Program-made: the position numbers and the translations under genes
Notes under the pieces: model-generated
What the model saw: the letters and a program-made list of their open reading frames with translations, nothing else
Database searches by the model: none
What the model was told of the DNA's origin: nothing
NCBI RefSeq assembly: GCF_009914755.1
Contig: NC_060935.1
Source of the DNA: the human T2T-CHM13v2.0 reference genome, Homo sapiens
Reading direction: 5' to 3' (one strand)
Length of the DNA stretch: 64,000 nt
Part shown: in pieces, positions 17,870 to 31,062 of the stretch
How positions within the stretch are numbered: position 1 is the stretch's first letter
How the letters are laid out: the number at the start of each line of letters is the position of its first letter

Positions 17870-18035
17870 TTATATACTTACCTCATCTGATACTCTCAGC
17901 AGTCCTGTGAGATTGGTAGGGATTAAGATCTCTATTTTACAGATGAGAAAACTGAAGCTCTGAGGAGGTTTGGCCAAGTCCCCACAGCTAGAAAGTCAAC
18001 CTTCTGACTCAGAATTCAGCGTGTCTTCCACTGCG
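17870..18035. mobile_element. MIR-like SINE inside the inverted-repeat spacer
   Basis: attttacagatgagaaaactgaagctc...ccaagtccccacagctagaaagt MIR core. Confidence 0.7.
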
Positions 18036-18680
18036 TTCTGTAGTTGTGCAGCAGGCACAGTCTTGGGGGGTTGCTGATTATCTACCTGAGAATGGTTTGG
18101 AATGTAGATAATGATTAGATAGGAGGGCTTGCAAGGAGTTAATTAACCATGTTTGAATATTCTTACCAATTCTCTAGCATTCAAGTTGCAAATCAACATC
18201 AAAATGAGCAAGTAGCTGGCCCTGCCCTACTAGTCCTTCTGTGCAAGGGGCCATCTGAACCTTAAGCCAGCAGTTTGTGTGGGCAAACAGATGCCCATCT
18301 TCAAATCCACACTTAGGAGACTCCTGTCTCTGTTTTCTGCTGGGACTCTGACACTTGCTCTTGCAGAGAAGGTTCTCATTAAATATATGTTGGAAAAACC
18401 CCAATAATTGAATCATCTACAGGATGTTCTCACTTTAGCCATATTCCCTTCATTTTCCTTTGAGGGCTAAATGGGAGTAGAGATATCTTTGCTGCTGGTC
18501 CTGAGAGACCATGGGGTTGTCCATTCCTGGTAAGGTGATGCTGACCAGACAGAGCTGATCTAGATGAGGGGTGGGAGGTGACAGTGGTTCAGTGGCTTTC
18601 TTGGAGGATGCATGATTGTTTGAATTATTATTTTTAATTGACATATATAAGTATATAATAAATATATATGTTATATATAT

Positions 18681-18807
18681 GAGTTAGAGCTGAATTGCAC
18701 AATATGAGCAAGGCGTTCCTCTCAGCTTCAAAACCAGCTCTGGGTTGTAAACAAGCTACCACTTCCTCAATCCCTCTGAAATAACATCAAAGTTGGGGTG
18801 CAGGATG
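18681..18807 (-). repeat. Right arm of a 127-bp inverted repeat
   Basis: Reverse complement of 17491-17617; preceded by a TA-rich tract at ~18642-18680. Confidence 0.95.
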
Positions 18808-20009
18808 AAGGCACCCCAATAATACCACACTGGGGAAAGTGTGGTATTTTGATACCTGTATACAATGTATAATGAACAAAGCAGGGTGGTTAACATAGAG
18901 AATGCATGATTTGCTTGGTGGGGAGAACTGGATGGTTCTGTAATTATGTTGAGATGGACAGAAAGACATCATCTGACTTGGGGAGAAAATCGGGTGTGGG
19001 AGGAGGTGGGAGAGTGCAGAACCTGAGGCAGAGGTCCCCAGCAAGTCTGGCATGGGGTAGGGTAGGGTGGTTGAATACTGGCTTCAGGGAGATGAGGCAA
19101 GCTGGCCTGACTCTGGCAGGTTGTCAGTGGTAGTCCTAGGTAGAGGAGGGGGCTTTGCTAAGCTACCTGAAAAGTACTAGAGTGGGCCGGGGTAGGAATC
19201 GGGCTACCGTGGCTTGTCGGAGATGAGGAATGTTTTTAGAAAATTGAACTGACCATCCCTTCCTTCCCCTGAACAGCAGCTTGTATGCAACTATAAAGGT
19301 AGTCTCCCTTTCAGCCCTGCTTGCTGTGTCTTTATTCTTATCAAAAACCAGGATCTGAGTTCAGAGGGCAGTGAAACATAAAATGAAATAGGAAAGGTTG
19401 CAGTAGTACATAGACTTTGGCTGCTCCCACTAACCTGCAAAAAAAATATTTTCCTTGGGCGTACCTTAGCAGTTCCATGGCAGAAGTTTTATCTCCTGTG
19501 GTTCAGAGAGTTTGGCTCGTCAAGCTGAATGTAGGGTTAAAGTGTGTCCTCCCTCCTCTGTGGGTGTTTGCCTAGCTCCTGGCTGTGGGTTGAAGGGACT
19601 GGTAAATATGTCTATTTTACTGCTGAGGCAGGGTGGCTCAGTGCTTGGTCACCTTGGAGGGATCATAAGCAAGCCGCCGCTGGGGCCCTGTGCCACGCAC
19701 AGGTATTCATGCGTGCGTGCAAGCACACCCTGTATAGCTGTGTAATAATTGTCCAGGTGTGGTGCATTCTTTGTCAGATGTACCCTTGTTTTTACTGCCT
19801 CTGTGCAGGATGTTTATTTGCTGTGCTTCAGGCTGGGGCACGTAGCTTGATCAAGGGTAGTTTTTGCTGTGGCCCCTGCAAATACGTTGTGGTGCCCAGA
19901 GTAGATGAAAAACTGTGAGTTTCCCAATAGAGCGGGTTCATCTGGACTCTTGTTGGTTGCGTTCTAGGAGCTAATTCTGTGGCTCTGGACTCTTCCCTGG
20001 AGGTGGGGA

Positions 20010-20960
20010 TGAGGCCGGGGCCGGGGGGAGGTGGTCTTGTGGCGCTACTGCGGGCTGTGCACTCAGGAAAGTGGCCACGGTTTAGGACGACCTCGACACG
20101 ACCCTGTATAGGACGCAACTAACTCCAGAGAAAACGAGCGAGCCCCATGCAACTCTTCATTCCTGCAGGGAGAACAAGGAGGTGTGCCCGCCAGGGAAGG
20201 GACGCACCCCCACCGGCGCTCGCTGCCTTAACTTCCCCATCCCCGCGCCAGGGAGGGGCCGGAGTCGCCGCCGAGGCCGCCGAGCGCAGAAAGTGCGCGA
20301 AAGGGACGCGCTGCGAGCCTCACACGTGACGGCGCCGCGCCGAACCGAGCGGGACCTGGCGGCAGCGGCGGCGGGCGCAGCGGGGCGGCCCGGAGCGGCG
20401 CGGGCGGCCTGGAGCCCCGGGAGCGGCGCGCGCGGTCCCGGCCCAGCGGCTCTCCTGGCCTCGCGCTGCACATTCTCTCCTGGCGGCGGCGCCACCTGCA
20501 GTAGCGTTCGCCCGAACATGGCGACACGGAGCAGCAGGAGGGAGTCGCGACTCCCGTTCCTATTCACCCTGGTCGCACTGCTGCCGCCCGGAGCTCTCTG
20601 CGAAGTCTGGACGCAGAGGCTGCACGGCGGCAGCGCGCCCTTGCCCCAGGACCGGGGCTTCCTCGTGGTGCAGGGCGACCCGCGCGAGCTGCGGCTGTGG
20701 GCGCGCGGGGATGCCAGGGGGGCGAGCCGCGCGGACGAGAAGCCGCTCCGGAGGAAACGGAGCGCTGCCCTGCAGCCCGAGCCCATCAAGGTGTACGGAC
20801 AGGTGAGCAGTTTTGCAACCCGCCTCCCTCCAGTTTTTTCCTCTCCCTGCACTTCCTCACCCCCGCATCCATCCGTTGCAGTCGCCTCCTAGGTGCAGGC
20901 ACCACTGGGGACTTCCCGGCTTGCATTTGTTTTTTTCCTTCACGAGTACAACCCTCAGCA
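20010..20960. promoter_or_regulatory. CpG island / SORL1 promoter and 5' UTR
   Basis: Abrupt rise in GC and CpG density around exon 1, GC-box-like runs, E-box CACGTGAC at 20323-20330. Confidence 0.9.
20518..20802 (+). CDS. SORL1: SORL1 coding exon 1 (aa 1-95): signal peptide, propeptide with RGD (63-65), furin site RRKR (78-81)
   Basis: ATG at 20518 translates to [28 protein letters not shown]...[20 protein letters not shown], the recognisable SorLA N-terminus. Ends at CAG|GTGAGC donor; 285 nt, phase 0. Confidence 0.98.
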
Positions 20961-23908
20961 CTTGAATCGCATTGATCTTTCCTTCTTCCTGTCGATTTAG
21001 TAAACGTATTCCAGGTAACTCGCCGGGTGCAGTGCGTATTACCCCAGGGTGTGTGCAGAGAGATGTAGTTTCCGGCAGGTATAGGAGGGGTGCAGCTTCA
21101 TTTTACATCTGGATAAAAAACGGGCTTTCTTTAGTGTATCATCAGTTGGCAGTGGAGGCGAGCACCCTGCAGTTGCGGTACACTTACACAGAACAGCACG
21201 AGGTGGGGGTTTCCACACTTAGCATTATTAGCACAATAAAAGTGGGCAAACCTGAAAGCTTGTCGACTATCTCTGTACAGTCAGACAAGAGGTGTGTGTA
21301 TGTGTGTGCGTGTGTAAAGGCTGAATTTTTAATTTTTAATTTTTGGCGAGCGTGTGAGATGCTCTCCATTCCTTCTTCCCCACCCTTCAAGATGCTGACT
21401 CTCCCACCCCCGTCAAGATAACTTTATTTTGGAGAGGAATACCCCTCATGGCACTTGGAGATTTGAAAGGACTGCAGGAAATTTGGTGGGCATTATTATT
21501 CTATAAGTGATTTATTTCTACCCAGGCAATAGGTTTATTAGATCATAAGTAACGTGAATTTCACTTTTATGGTCAGACTTACTGCGAGGAATTGCAGATG
21601 GAGTTTGTAGGTTAGGATCAGCACTGGCAAAATTAATTTGACCGTGTTATTGCCTCATGAGACTCCCAGTCCTGCAGTTAAGATTGACATCAGCAAAAGT
21701 ATAAGGTCGGTGGGGGAGAAAAAGTAGGACCAGAGGAGGGGGTAAATACACTTGTTTTCTAGAGTCAAATTGTTCCTTTTGAAGTAGAAATTATTAATAA
21801 AAGATTACCCTGAGTTCTGCCTTTTCTCACTAATTTCACTTTAGCCATTTCTTCAGGAAATACAGAGTTAAATGTTCAACCCTTGGATCCAGGACGAACC
21901 TTGTAAACATATCACCCTATTGTGTCATTTTGTTGGTGAAGAAACTGAAGCGTGGAATGGTGAAGTGACTAGTCCAAGGTCATACCGGGAAGGTGGCCTG
22001 CTCTCTAGTTTTTGTCTGCATTGTCTCAGTGACCTTTGCTTGACTGCAGTCACCCTGTCTTTATGCAATGCTGCTGAAATACCTCCTTTCTAAAATAAAA
22101 TAGATCTGGTATAAAGGGGGAAAGGATGGTGGTGACTGGGTGGGAGCGTTGGATTTCCCTCCACTATTGGTCCCTGGGCAAGAATGTGTGCCCCAGGGCA
22201 TGTAACTAATGGTGGCCACAGGCTGCAGGAACCTGCATGCTCAGTTCCTCTTGGGCCCAGATCCTTGTCCCCCTGTCCCCACCCCATATGACAAATATGT
22301 GTATGAACAAAAAGAAGTCATCAAGGTCCTTGCTCTTAACAGCGACACCAGCATGGGGCTGATGGAGGGTGGGAGAAGGAGGAGGAGTGGCCCACTTCTT
22401 CATTGGGCCTCCGCAGTCAGCCCAGCTCTGCTGTGCTCTTGAATCAGCATTCTGGGAACTGGGAGTTGGGGGCTGGTGGGAGACAATCCCTCCCAGTGCT
22501 CAGGTCCCCTGAAGCTATAGTTTAGGTTGAGGAAAAAGTTTTCTGGTTTCAAAAATATGTGTACATGTGCCATTTCTTTCTTGGGTTTGGTTTATGAAAA
22601 GCTCCAGGGGATGTGGGGCAGGTTGGACATGAACTCTGTTCTCACTGGGAGTGACTCCCAAACCCTGGGCTTTTGAGTTTCTGGGCCAGCCAGATTGAGT
22701 TTGGTTCAGCTGAAGGATGGAGAACTAGCAGTCAAACTCATAATGAGGAATTCCTAACCGGAGGGTGAGGGTACAAGGGTGAGATTTTTCTTCTCTGTGG
22801 CTGCCTTCCTATGCCATTGTTGCCTCTTGCTCTGAGGTTAATAAGAAGTGGAATTAATTTGAATCTGTAAGGATTTGAGTCAGATAAAAGGAAGAACTTC
22901 CCTGTACTGGGCTTTCTGCCACAAGTTCTATCTGGTGCAGACCCTTCAGAATGCAAGCACAGGTTGGTGACTGAAGGGGTTTGAGGTGCCCCTCTTGGAA
23001 CTCTGGAGTAACTAACATCTATTTGGAATGATCTTTCTAGCAAGGATGACCATTGCCTCTGTGTTTCCCTGGGGCAGACCTGGTTTCTAAGTTGTCTCTG
23101 GTGGTTATGAATAGCACCCCCTTCACTCTCAAAAGTGTCAAGATGTGACAATAAATTATATGGTCCTACTTTTAGCCTTAAGCCAAGTTCCACTTTGTAA
23201 TCACGACTTTCCCCTTCAACGTTTAAACCTAAGGAATGGTGATGTTTTCCAACAGTACTGCTTGACTTGAGTGTGGTTCTATGGAGGTGCAGTGAGCTGG
23301 GGAATAAAATTTCATTCCTGCTTTTAGGAAATTTACAATTTAAGGAGGAGAGCAAGCAGATGCAGATACAGGCATGTCAATGTACCAGGATGGGAACCAG
23401 GAAACATGGTCACAAGAAACCAGCCACAACTCTACAATGGTGTGATAACGGGCTGTGTGACATGCAGCGCATGGGAGATGGAGAGATAAGGGGTGGTGGG
23501 CTCAGACACTGTCCAGCTTCTTGCCCTCTGACCTTTGAGTGAGGTTAAGAGGACACTGGCAGCACAGGTTAGGGCTGGAAGCAGAAGCTGCCTGAAGGAA
23601 GCAGGCCTAGAGGCGATGTTAAGGCCACCACCTTCAGGGAGAAGAGAAGGGAAGGCTTTCTAGGGGAATACTTGCATCTGAGAAAGAGCCCTGTGCTGGA
23701 GTCAATGTCGGTCCTTTTTCCTCTGCTTCGCTAATGTCTTGGGTAAACTAGGCTTGGTTATTTTGACCATTTTCCTCCTCAGTTTCTCTAAGGTGGGGAG
23801 ACCGGCTTCTGCCATGATTACTTAAAGGCACATTTATGATACTGAAATGTGATTGTAGGGGTGAAAATAATTTGCTGGCAGATATCAGGACTTTTCTGCC
23901 CATGTTCA

Positions 23909-24222
<314 letters not shown>

Positions 24223-27200
24223 TTAAAGGCCAGGTCCAAGAAGAGGGATTCCCTAATTCATGCCACACTGAATTTCCTCCTGATTTCTCATAAGCTCTGT
24301 CTGTCTGCGCCATCATACCTGCTTTTTCCTCTGCCTGAAATGATCTTCCCCAACTCTTGTCCTTGCCTGGGAAGCTCTTATTCCATTCTTTAACATCCAA
24401 GGAATACCTCTTGGTATTCTCAGGCTATGGTGGGAAGAGTTTCTTCTGAGCTTGGAGGCAGCACTTACTGCCTTGTGTTAGAATTGCTCAACTGTCTCAT
24501 CTTCCTGTTTGCTCCTTGAGGGCATGGATCAAGTTCTCTTGTGTTTCCCTGGCACTTGGGAGGCCCTTAATGAGTATTTGTGGACCAGCCACACACCTGG
24601 AAGAAGAGAGGCCCAGAGGGTAGGAAGCACATTCACATTATATAAAATGTATTTGTAAGGAGGAATACAGTGAACCCACACATGGATAGTGAAAATGAGA
24701 TGGCTCATTCGGTAGTGAGGATGCAAGCGGCATGGCCTACAGATAGTGGAGCCCTGATTTGCCTGTGCTATATGGGAGTTATTTTCAATGAAGAGCTTGG
24801 ATTCTATTTTACAGAATCCTCCCTTTTAGGGCTATCATTCTGGTTTATGCTAATGGTATTGTTTTGGGGAAAAATCCTTTGGAATAAAGCACAAAGCCTA
24901 ACAGGATTTACAGGTTTATTTTCCTTCCAACAAGCTCTCTCTTCATAATTCCTACATTTTAGAAGCCAGGGAGTATTCAGTGTCCTGATTTGAGACTGAA
25001 AATAAAGTGTCTATTACAGCACAAGGCCCTGGGACAAAAGGCCTCCTTTGGGGGTGGAATACCGTTCAGCTTTAGATCTCTTTTGAGTAGATTCTTCCAT
25101 GATACACTTGCTTGGGAAAGAATTGGCTGGTTGATTCTGAAGTTAGGATGTTTGACCTGTGTGCTTCCAGAATAAGATGAGAAGGCAAAGAATGTGCTGC
25201 TTCAGGTTGGCTTTTATGTAGCTGAAGAGTTGCTCGGGGCCTTGGGTTGGCTCAATAAGGGACGTGACCTTGAAAAGCTCTTCCTGGTTCCACTTGGCGT
25301 CTTTTCTTAGGGAGCTCTGTGCCCAGTCTCTGGCCACTTTTAGTTCATAAATAGCTTGCATGGTTAGAGGCACAGAAGGTGGAGGCTTTGCGAGGGGGAA
25401 GGAATGGAGGAAAGGGGTTGGTGAGAAGAGTAAGGAGGCGGAATTTGGAGGGATGAAATAAAAAGCTGTCTGATTAGGTAATGCACGTTTACAAAACAAA
25501 ATTTGTACAAAAGAGTATGTGGTAACAAATTTCCTTCCCTCTCATGCCCCCTGTTCACCCAGAGCTCCTTTCCGGGTGGCATCCGTTGTTATCAATATTT
25601 TTGTATATCTTTCCAGAAACAGTCTATGCATGTACAACATGTATGTACATAAAATTGGAAACTTGAATTATAAATGGCTTCCTGTTACCTGTAGTCCCTG
25701 GTATCCTGAATAATGAGATTAACTTTAGCTCTAAATTATATTTGTGATATTATGATGGTGAATTGTTAGAAAATTACCTGAAGTATCATAATATAAAATA
25801 GATGATTACTTTTTTTCCAGGCCAGGTGAGAAAAACCTCATTCTCCTTTCACTTCAAGCGTTCTTGCAGAGCAGGAGAGCAGCCTGATGTAGCCCCCTTG
25901 TAACTTGGAGAGATGCTGGAGCACAGTTCCCTTGAGATGTGGAGTCCAGGCTTGTAAGAGCATCAGAATACAGTGATCGTGGATCTTGGTTTTAATTTGT
26001 GTTCTGTCTGAGAATGTTTTCTCTATGTTCTGTAAAATGAAGTTAATGGTATGCTTAATAAATTGCTTTGAGACTTGGGATCCACGAGGCAGATCCTTAT
26101 AGCAACGAACATCCCAAGGCAAAAGGTGGATGTTGTAGGAACATTTCATTGTCAGATTTTGGTCTGTTCCTCCTTAGAGATGACAGCCATCTTCATAGTG
26201 TCATTGTTGAATCCCAGGGCAGAGATAGTTGGAGCCAGCTTTGTTCCACCCACTGTAATGGAGGGACACAGGGGGCAGTCTTATCATAATCTGGAGAGCA
26301 GGTAATCCAAAAAATAATCGATTTGCTTTTGCTATGTATTTATGTAGTCTTTTTTTTAAAGCATTCGTTTACCTTCCTAATTAAGTTTTGCTCAGGTGAA
26401 TATTAAAATGAGTTTGCATTCTTTGATCTATTGATAAGGGAAATGGCTGGCCTAAATGTATTCAGGGAAAGGCAGTTTGGAGTTTAGAATTTGCGACAAT
26501 AATTCAGATGCAGATAACTGAGAGTTGATAAAAATGTATTAAATGTTTTAAATGAATAAAAATGTATTAAAACCTGGGGGCATTACATTGACCTTTCCTC
26601 CATTTATTTGGATTTAAATAAATGTGATGGAAAGTAAAAGAGAGCTCACTGCATTTTTGGTTTGAATATTCAGGGATTAGTATTTCTCCAGAGGTGGTCT
26701 GGGCTGTGGGGGTGAGGCATTCTCTGTTGATGAGCATGGGACTTTCCTATGCATTTTCTAGGTATGCCAGACACTGTTGGCAGATGGTATAGTCAGTCTA
26801 GCCACGTACATGCAAAAATCAATTTCCCTCAATTTAAAATGAGCCACAGTTAATTTCGACCTAATTTATTGGTTTATCGACCTGTGAACCCTGGGCCTTC
26901 GAAGAAGTGGCATGGGCGGCCTTCGAGCGCTGAAGTGGCTGATGAAGCTAAAATCCAGAAAAGGCAGGGTGGGCTGCTGAGCAAGATCAAGATTTGAGTT
27001 TCCTCCTGTGTTATTGTGAGATGCTCAGTTTTTTTTAACTGTAACATGACCAATGCTTTGTGCATTTTATGGTGGGTTCCGTAAAAATAGGACTGCGTAA
27101 CGATCACAAGTACACTAGTGTGTTAAAAAATAATTACAAAGTTCTGTTATCCACTGGGTAACTGTTTATTATAATGGTAACATCCATGCCCATAGCACTG

Positions 27201-27260
27201 CTACTAGCCAAGAGCTGGAAGATCCTATCTTCCTGGCCGCGTCCTGGACCCTCCGATGTG

Positions 27261-27459
27261 GCACTGTTCAATAGATCTTTCTGTGATAGTGATGTTTTCT
27301 ATCTGTGCTGTTCACCATGTTCACTAGTCAGATCTGGCCATTGAGCAGGTGAAATGTGGCAAGTGTGACTGAAGACTTGAAGTGTCTTTCATTTAATTTT
27401 AACGAATTTAAAGTTGAAATAGCCACATGTGGCTCTTGGCTACTGTGTAGACAGCACAA
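27261..27459. mobile_element. MER3-like hAT-Charlie MITE
   Basis: cactgttcaataga...agccacatgtggctc...tagacagcaca termini resemble MER3. Confidence 0.6.
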
Positions 27460-28568
27460 GCTTTGACAAGGCCTCTTCTTCCCACCTGTAGGCAACCTCT
27501 GCTTCACCCAAGAGAGAAGTTCCTGCAAAGACCTGCTCGTGTAGGCAGGGCAAACAGGGCAATGAAAGCAAGAGTGGAGGGCTTGGGTCTAGACCCTAGG
27601 TATTGGTGGCTGCTGACTGCCAAGTTGAGTGTCAGGAGACAGTGGTCCTTCTTTCCTAGGTAGGAACTCACCAGGGGGACCGTGGAGGGCCAAGTGGGTC
27701 CGGTGGTTGGCTCTAGGGCATGCCTCTGCACAGTTGCCTCCTTCTGTCAGTCACTTAGTCAATGAAGGCTGGCTATTCATAGGGTGAACCAGATCTCTGT
27801 GGCTTCACTTCTCATCTGGCCTTGCGCAAACACTGCACTTGTATCGGGCTTCGCTAAGGTGGAGCGCAGACCCTGCACGTTCTGTTTAGCAATGAAAGAT
27901 GTAAACAGTGCCTTAACAGTGGGGCCATCTCCCTGCCCTGCCCTTTGCTTCCTGTGCTTTTGTTGACTTACCTTGATGTAGCTGGGTCTGTCTTTCTTCC
28001 CTTCAACCCTCCAGATTGGCATGAAGACAAACACTACAGGCGTGTGGTCTTCATCTTTGCATATAAACCTCCCCCACTTCTTGGCTGACCTTTTAACTTA
28101 GCTTGCCATTGCTGTTGCTGCTGCTGCAGGCTCTTAGCTTGGAAAATCAGGACCCTTCACAATGATTTATCTCCAGTCCCCTGAATTAGATTCAAAACAC
28201 AGCTACGAATTCTCAGAAAGGCAGGCTGATGTGATTATATCCCAAATCTGAGTGGCTGACAAGGACAATAAAAAGATGTACCTATATCAAATGCATTTGT
28301 GCCGTGTAGAGACCAATATGTTGTTTATTATCTCCCCCCCTTTCTGGGGGTTTTTTAAATGAAGAAGGTAACTGATGTGACCTCTATTATTTAGAAGAGA
28401 GACTAGCCTGTTGAGTAGAAACCCTGGGGGAAGATGACTAGGGTGAATCTTACATGAAATAAATGTGGGGGTGAATCAATGGGTGGGCCCTCAGTTGGGA
28501 TTTTAATATTTTAGGGATACTGAGATGATTTCCTTCTGACTTTGGGGGGCTGGTGAGCTGAGGTGTAG

Positions 28569-28882
<314 letters not shown>

Positions 28883-30703
28883 TTGGTGAAATTTTTAACT
28901 CTGTGCCCAGAGGCATTGGAAAGGCTGGTATGATCTGGTTGAGCCTGGAGGGCCCTGGGTTAAGAGCCACCTGTGGAGAAAGGCTAGCTTGGGGACTGTG
29001 GCTGGGAAGACTTTAATAGGTACCTGTGAGATAGCAAGCTATAGGGTTAAGGTCCCAGATAGTTAAGGACCCCATTTCTCTATTAGCCCAGGAGACACAT
29101 GCGAGACAGTTCCACCTGTCTCTGCCCCAGGGACCTGGGGAGAAAGGCCAGTGCTGATCTGCCCAAGGATCTCAGCCAAGGAGCCCGAGATGGCAGGGAG
29201 TGGGGACAGAGCAGAGTGGGGTGAGTGTCCTGTGAAACCAGAAGTGTTTGGAAGGACTTGCATGCTTTGAACCTGTGCTCAATTAATTGAGTAACCTGAG
29301 ACTCTGTACCTATGACTTACCTCATCTGTGTACATTTAGTTCCCTGAAATTCTCTCACTGAGTGGTTAAAAAAAAAAAAAATCTGCAGTTAACTGTGCAC
29401 ATGGTTTGCTGAATTTGGCAAGGTGTGCTGTTGGTGGTGGTGGTGATGGGTGGGCTGGAGGGGGACGGTTACTGCAGAAACAAGGCCTTCAATCTCTAGA
29501 GGAGAAAAATGAAGCAGTGGATGTGGAAAGTTGGTTAGAGGTGAAAGAGCTATCTAAACAGAGCTGGGGGAGTTTAGCTAGCAGACCAGAGCCTGTGGGA
29601 CGTCCGCCTGTTGCCTCACCTCCTGGTAGCCCAGAGGGCATCTCCTATTACTGAGAAATTGGCCAAGCCATGGGTTTAATGCACTCCCCCTTCTCCATTA
29701 GTCTTGTTTATAGCTGCCCTCACAGGGTGGTGAAGAAGCCACTGGTAGGGTATAGAGGCCTTCGGTTCTGGGATGTAATGTTTACATGCTTTTCTCTTGG
29801 AGTTAGGAAAGTGCTAGAAAACAGTGTCGCCTCTGGGCTGGAGCCTTGGGACCTGGAGGTTGGGTTTCCCCAGGTTTCAGAGTTCGGCTGGGAATCAAGG
29901 AGAAAACTGCCTGTGAGTTTCAGTTAGGCAGGAGCTCCTAGCTTGACTCAGGCGTGCAGTGTTTTGTCATTTTATATATGTCATCGCTTGCTCTTAGGCC
30001 TTTCGCTAATGTTAATGTTCTATGTGGAGCCGTTTTGTGAGGAATGGCTTATTTTGGTTGAGAGGCATTTGGTAATGAAAAGAAATGATGTTTTAGTGCG
30101 TCGAAGTTTATGAAATGACATCCACAGGCTGCATCTCATTTGATTCTTACGACAATCTTGAAAAATGGGGAAGATAAGAATGATTATTCATCTCATTTCA
30201 GAGATGAGTATCTTGAAGCTTGAAAAGGTGAAGTGACTTACCCGTAGTTAGACAGGTGGTAAACCGGAGAGAACAAGACTCAAACCAACCCGCTAACTTG
30301 TTTCAGATTTATGCAGGCATATTTGTCTATCCTAAGTAATCTAGTGAAATTTTTGATCTCAAGCAGGGATCCACAGCTTTTTTGCAGTACTTTTTTTTCT
30401 CCACCTTTAAAACCTGGAGATCTCACATAATTCCACTTTCTCCTGGCCACACTGATCTTGTAATTTTTCAAACACAGCAAGTCTCAAGGCCCTTCTCCTT
30501 CCTGGCTTCTGCTCTGCCCTGCCTTAGGTCTGGGTCCATGTTCTCTGCCTCACTTTTCCATCCCCTTTTCCCTAACTCCTCCCTCTTCATCCTTATGGTG
30601 TCAGTACATAGGTCAGGTCTTCAGTGAAGCCTCACTCTCTCCCCGATATGAGGTTAGGTCCCCTGTGTAACAACAGTAATTCAATCATCATTCCTGGAAT
30701 TAG

Positions 30704-31062
<359 letters not shown>

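Noticed and set aside
20157-20852. 231-aa antisense ORF over exon 1
   Set aside because: Stop-codon scarcity in a CpG island antisense to a real CDS; no recognisable domain.
22738-23355. 205-aa minus-strand ORF in intron 1
   Set aside because: Non-ATG start, no recognisable homology or coding-like composition.
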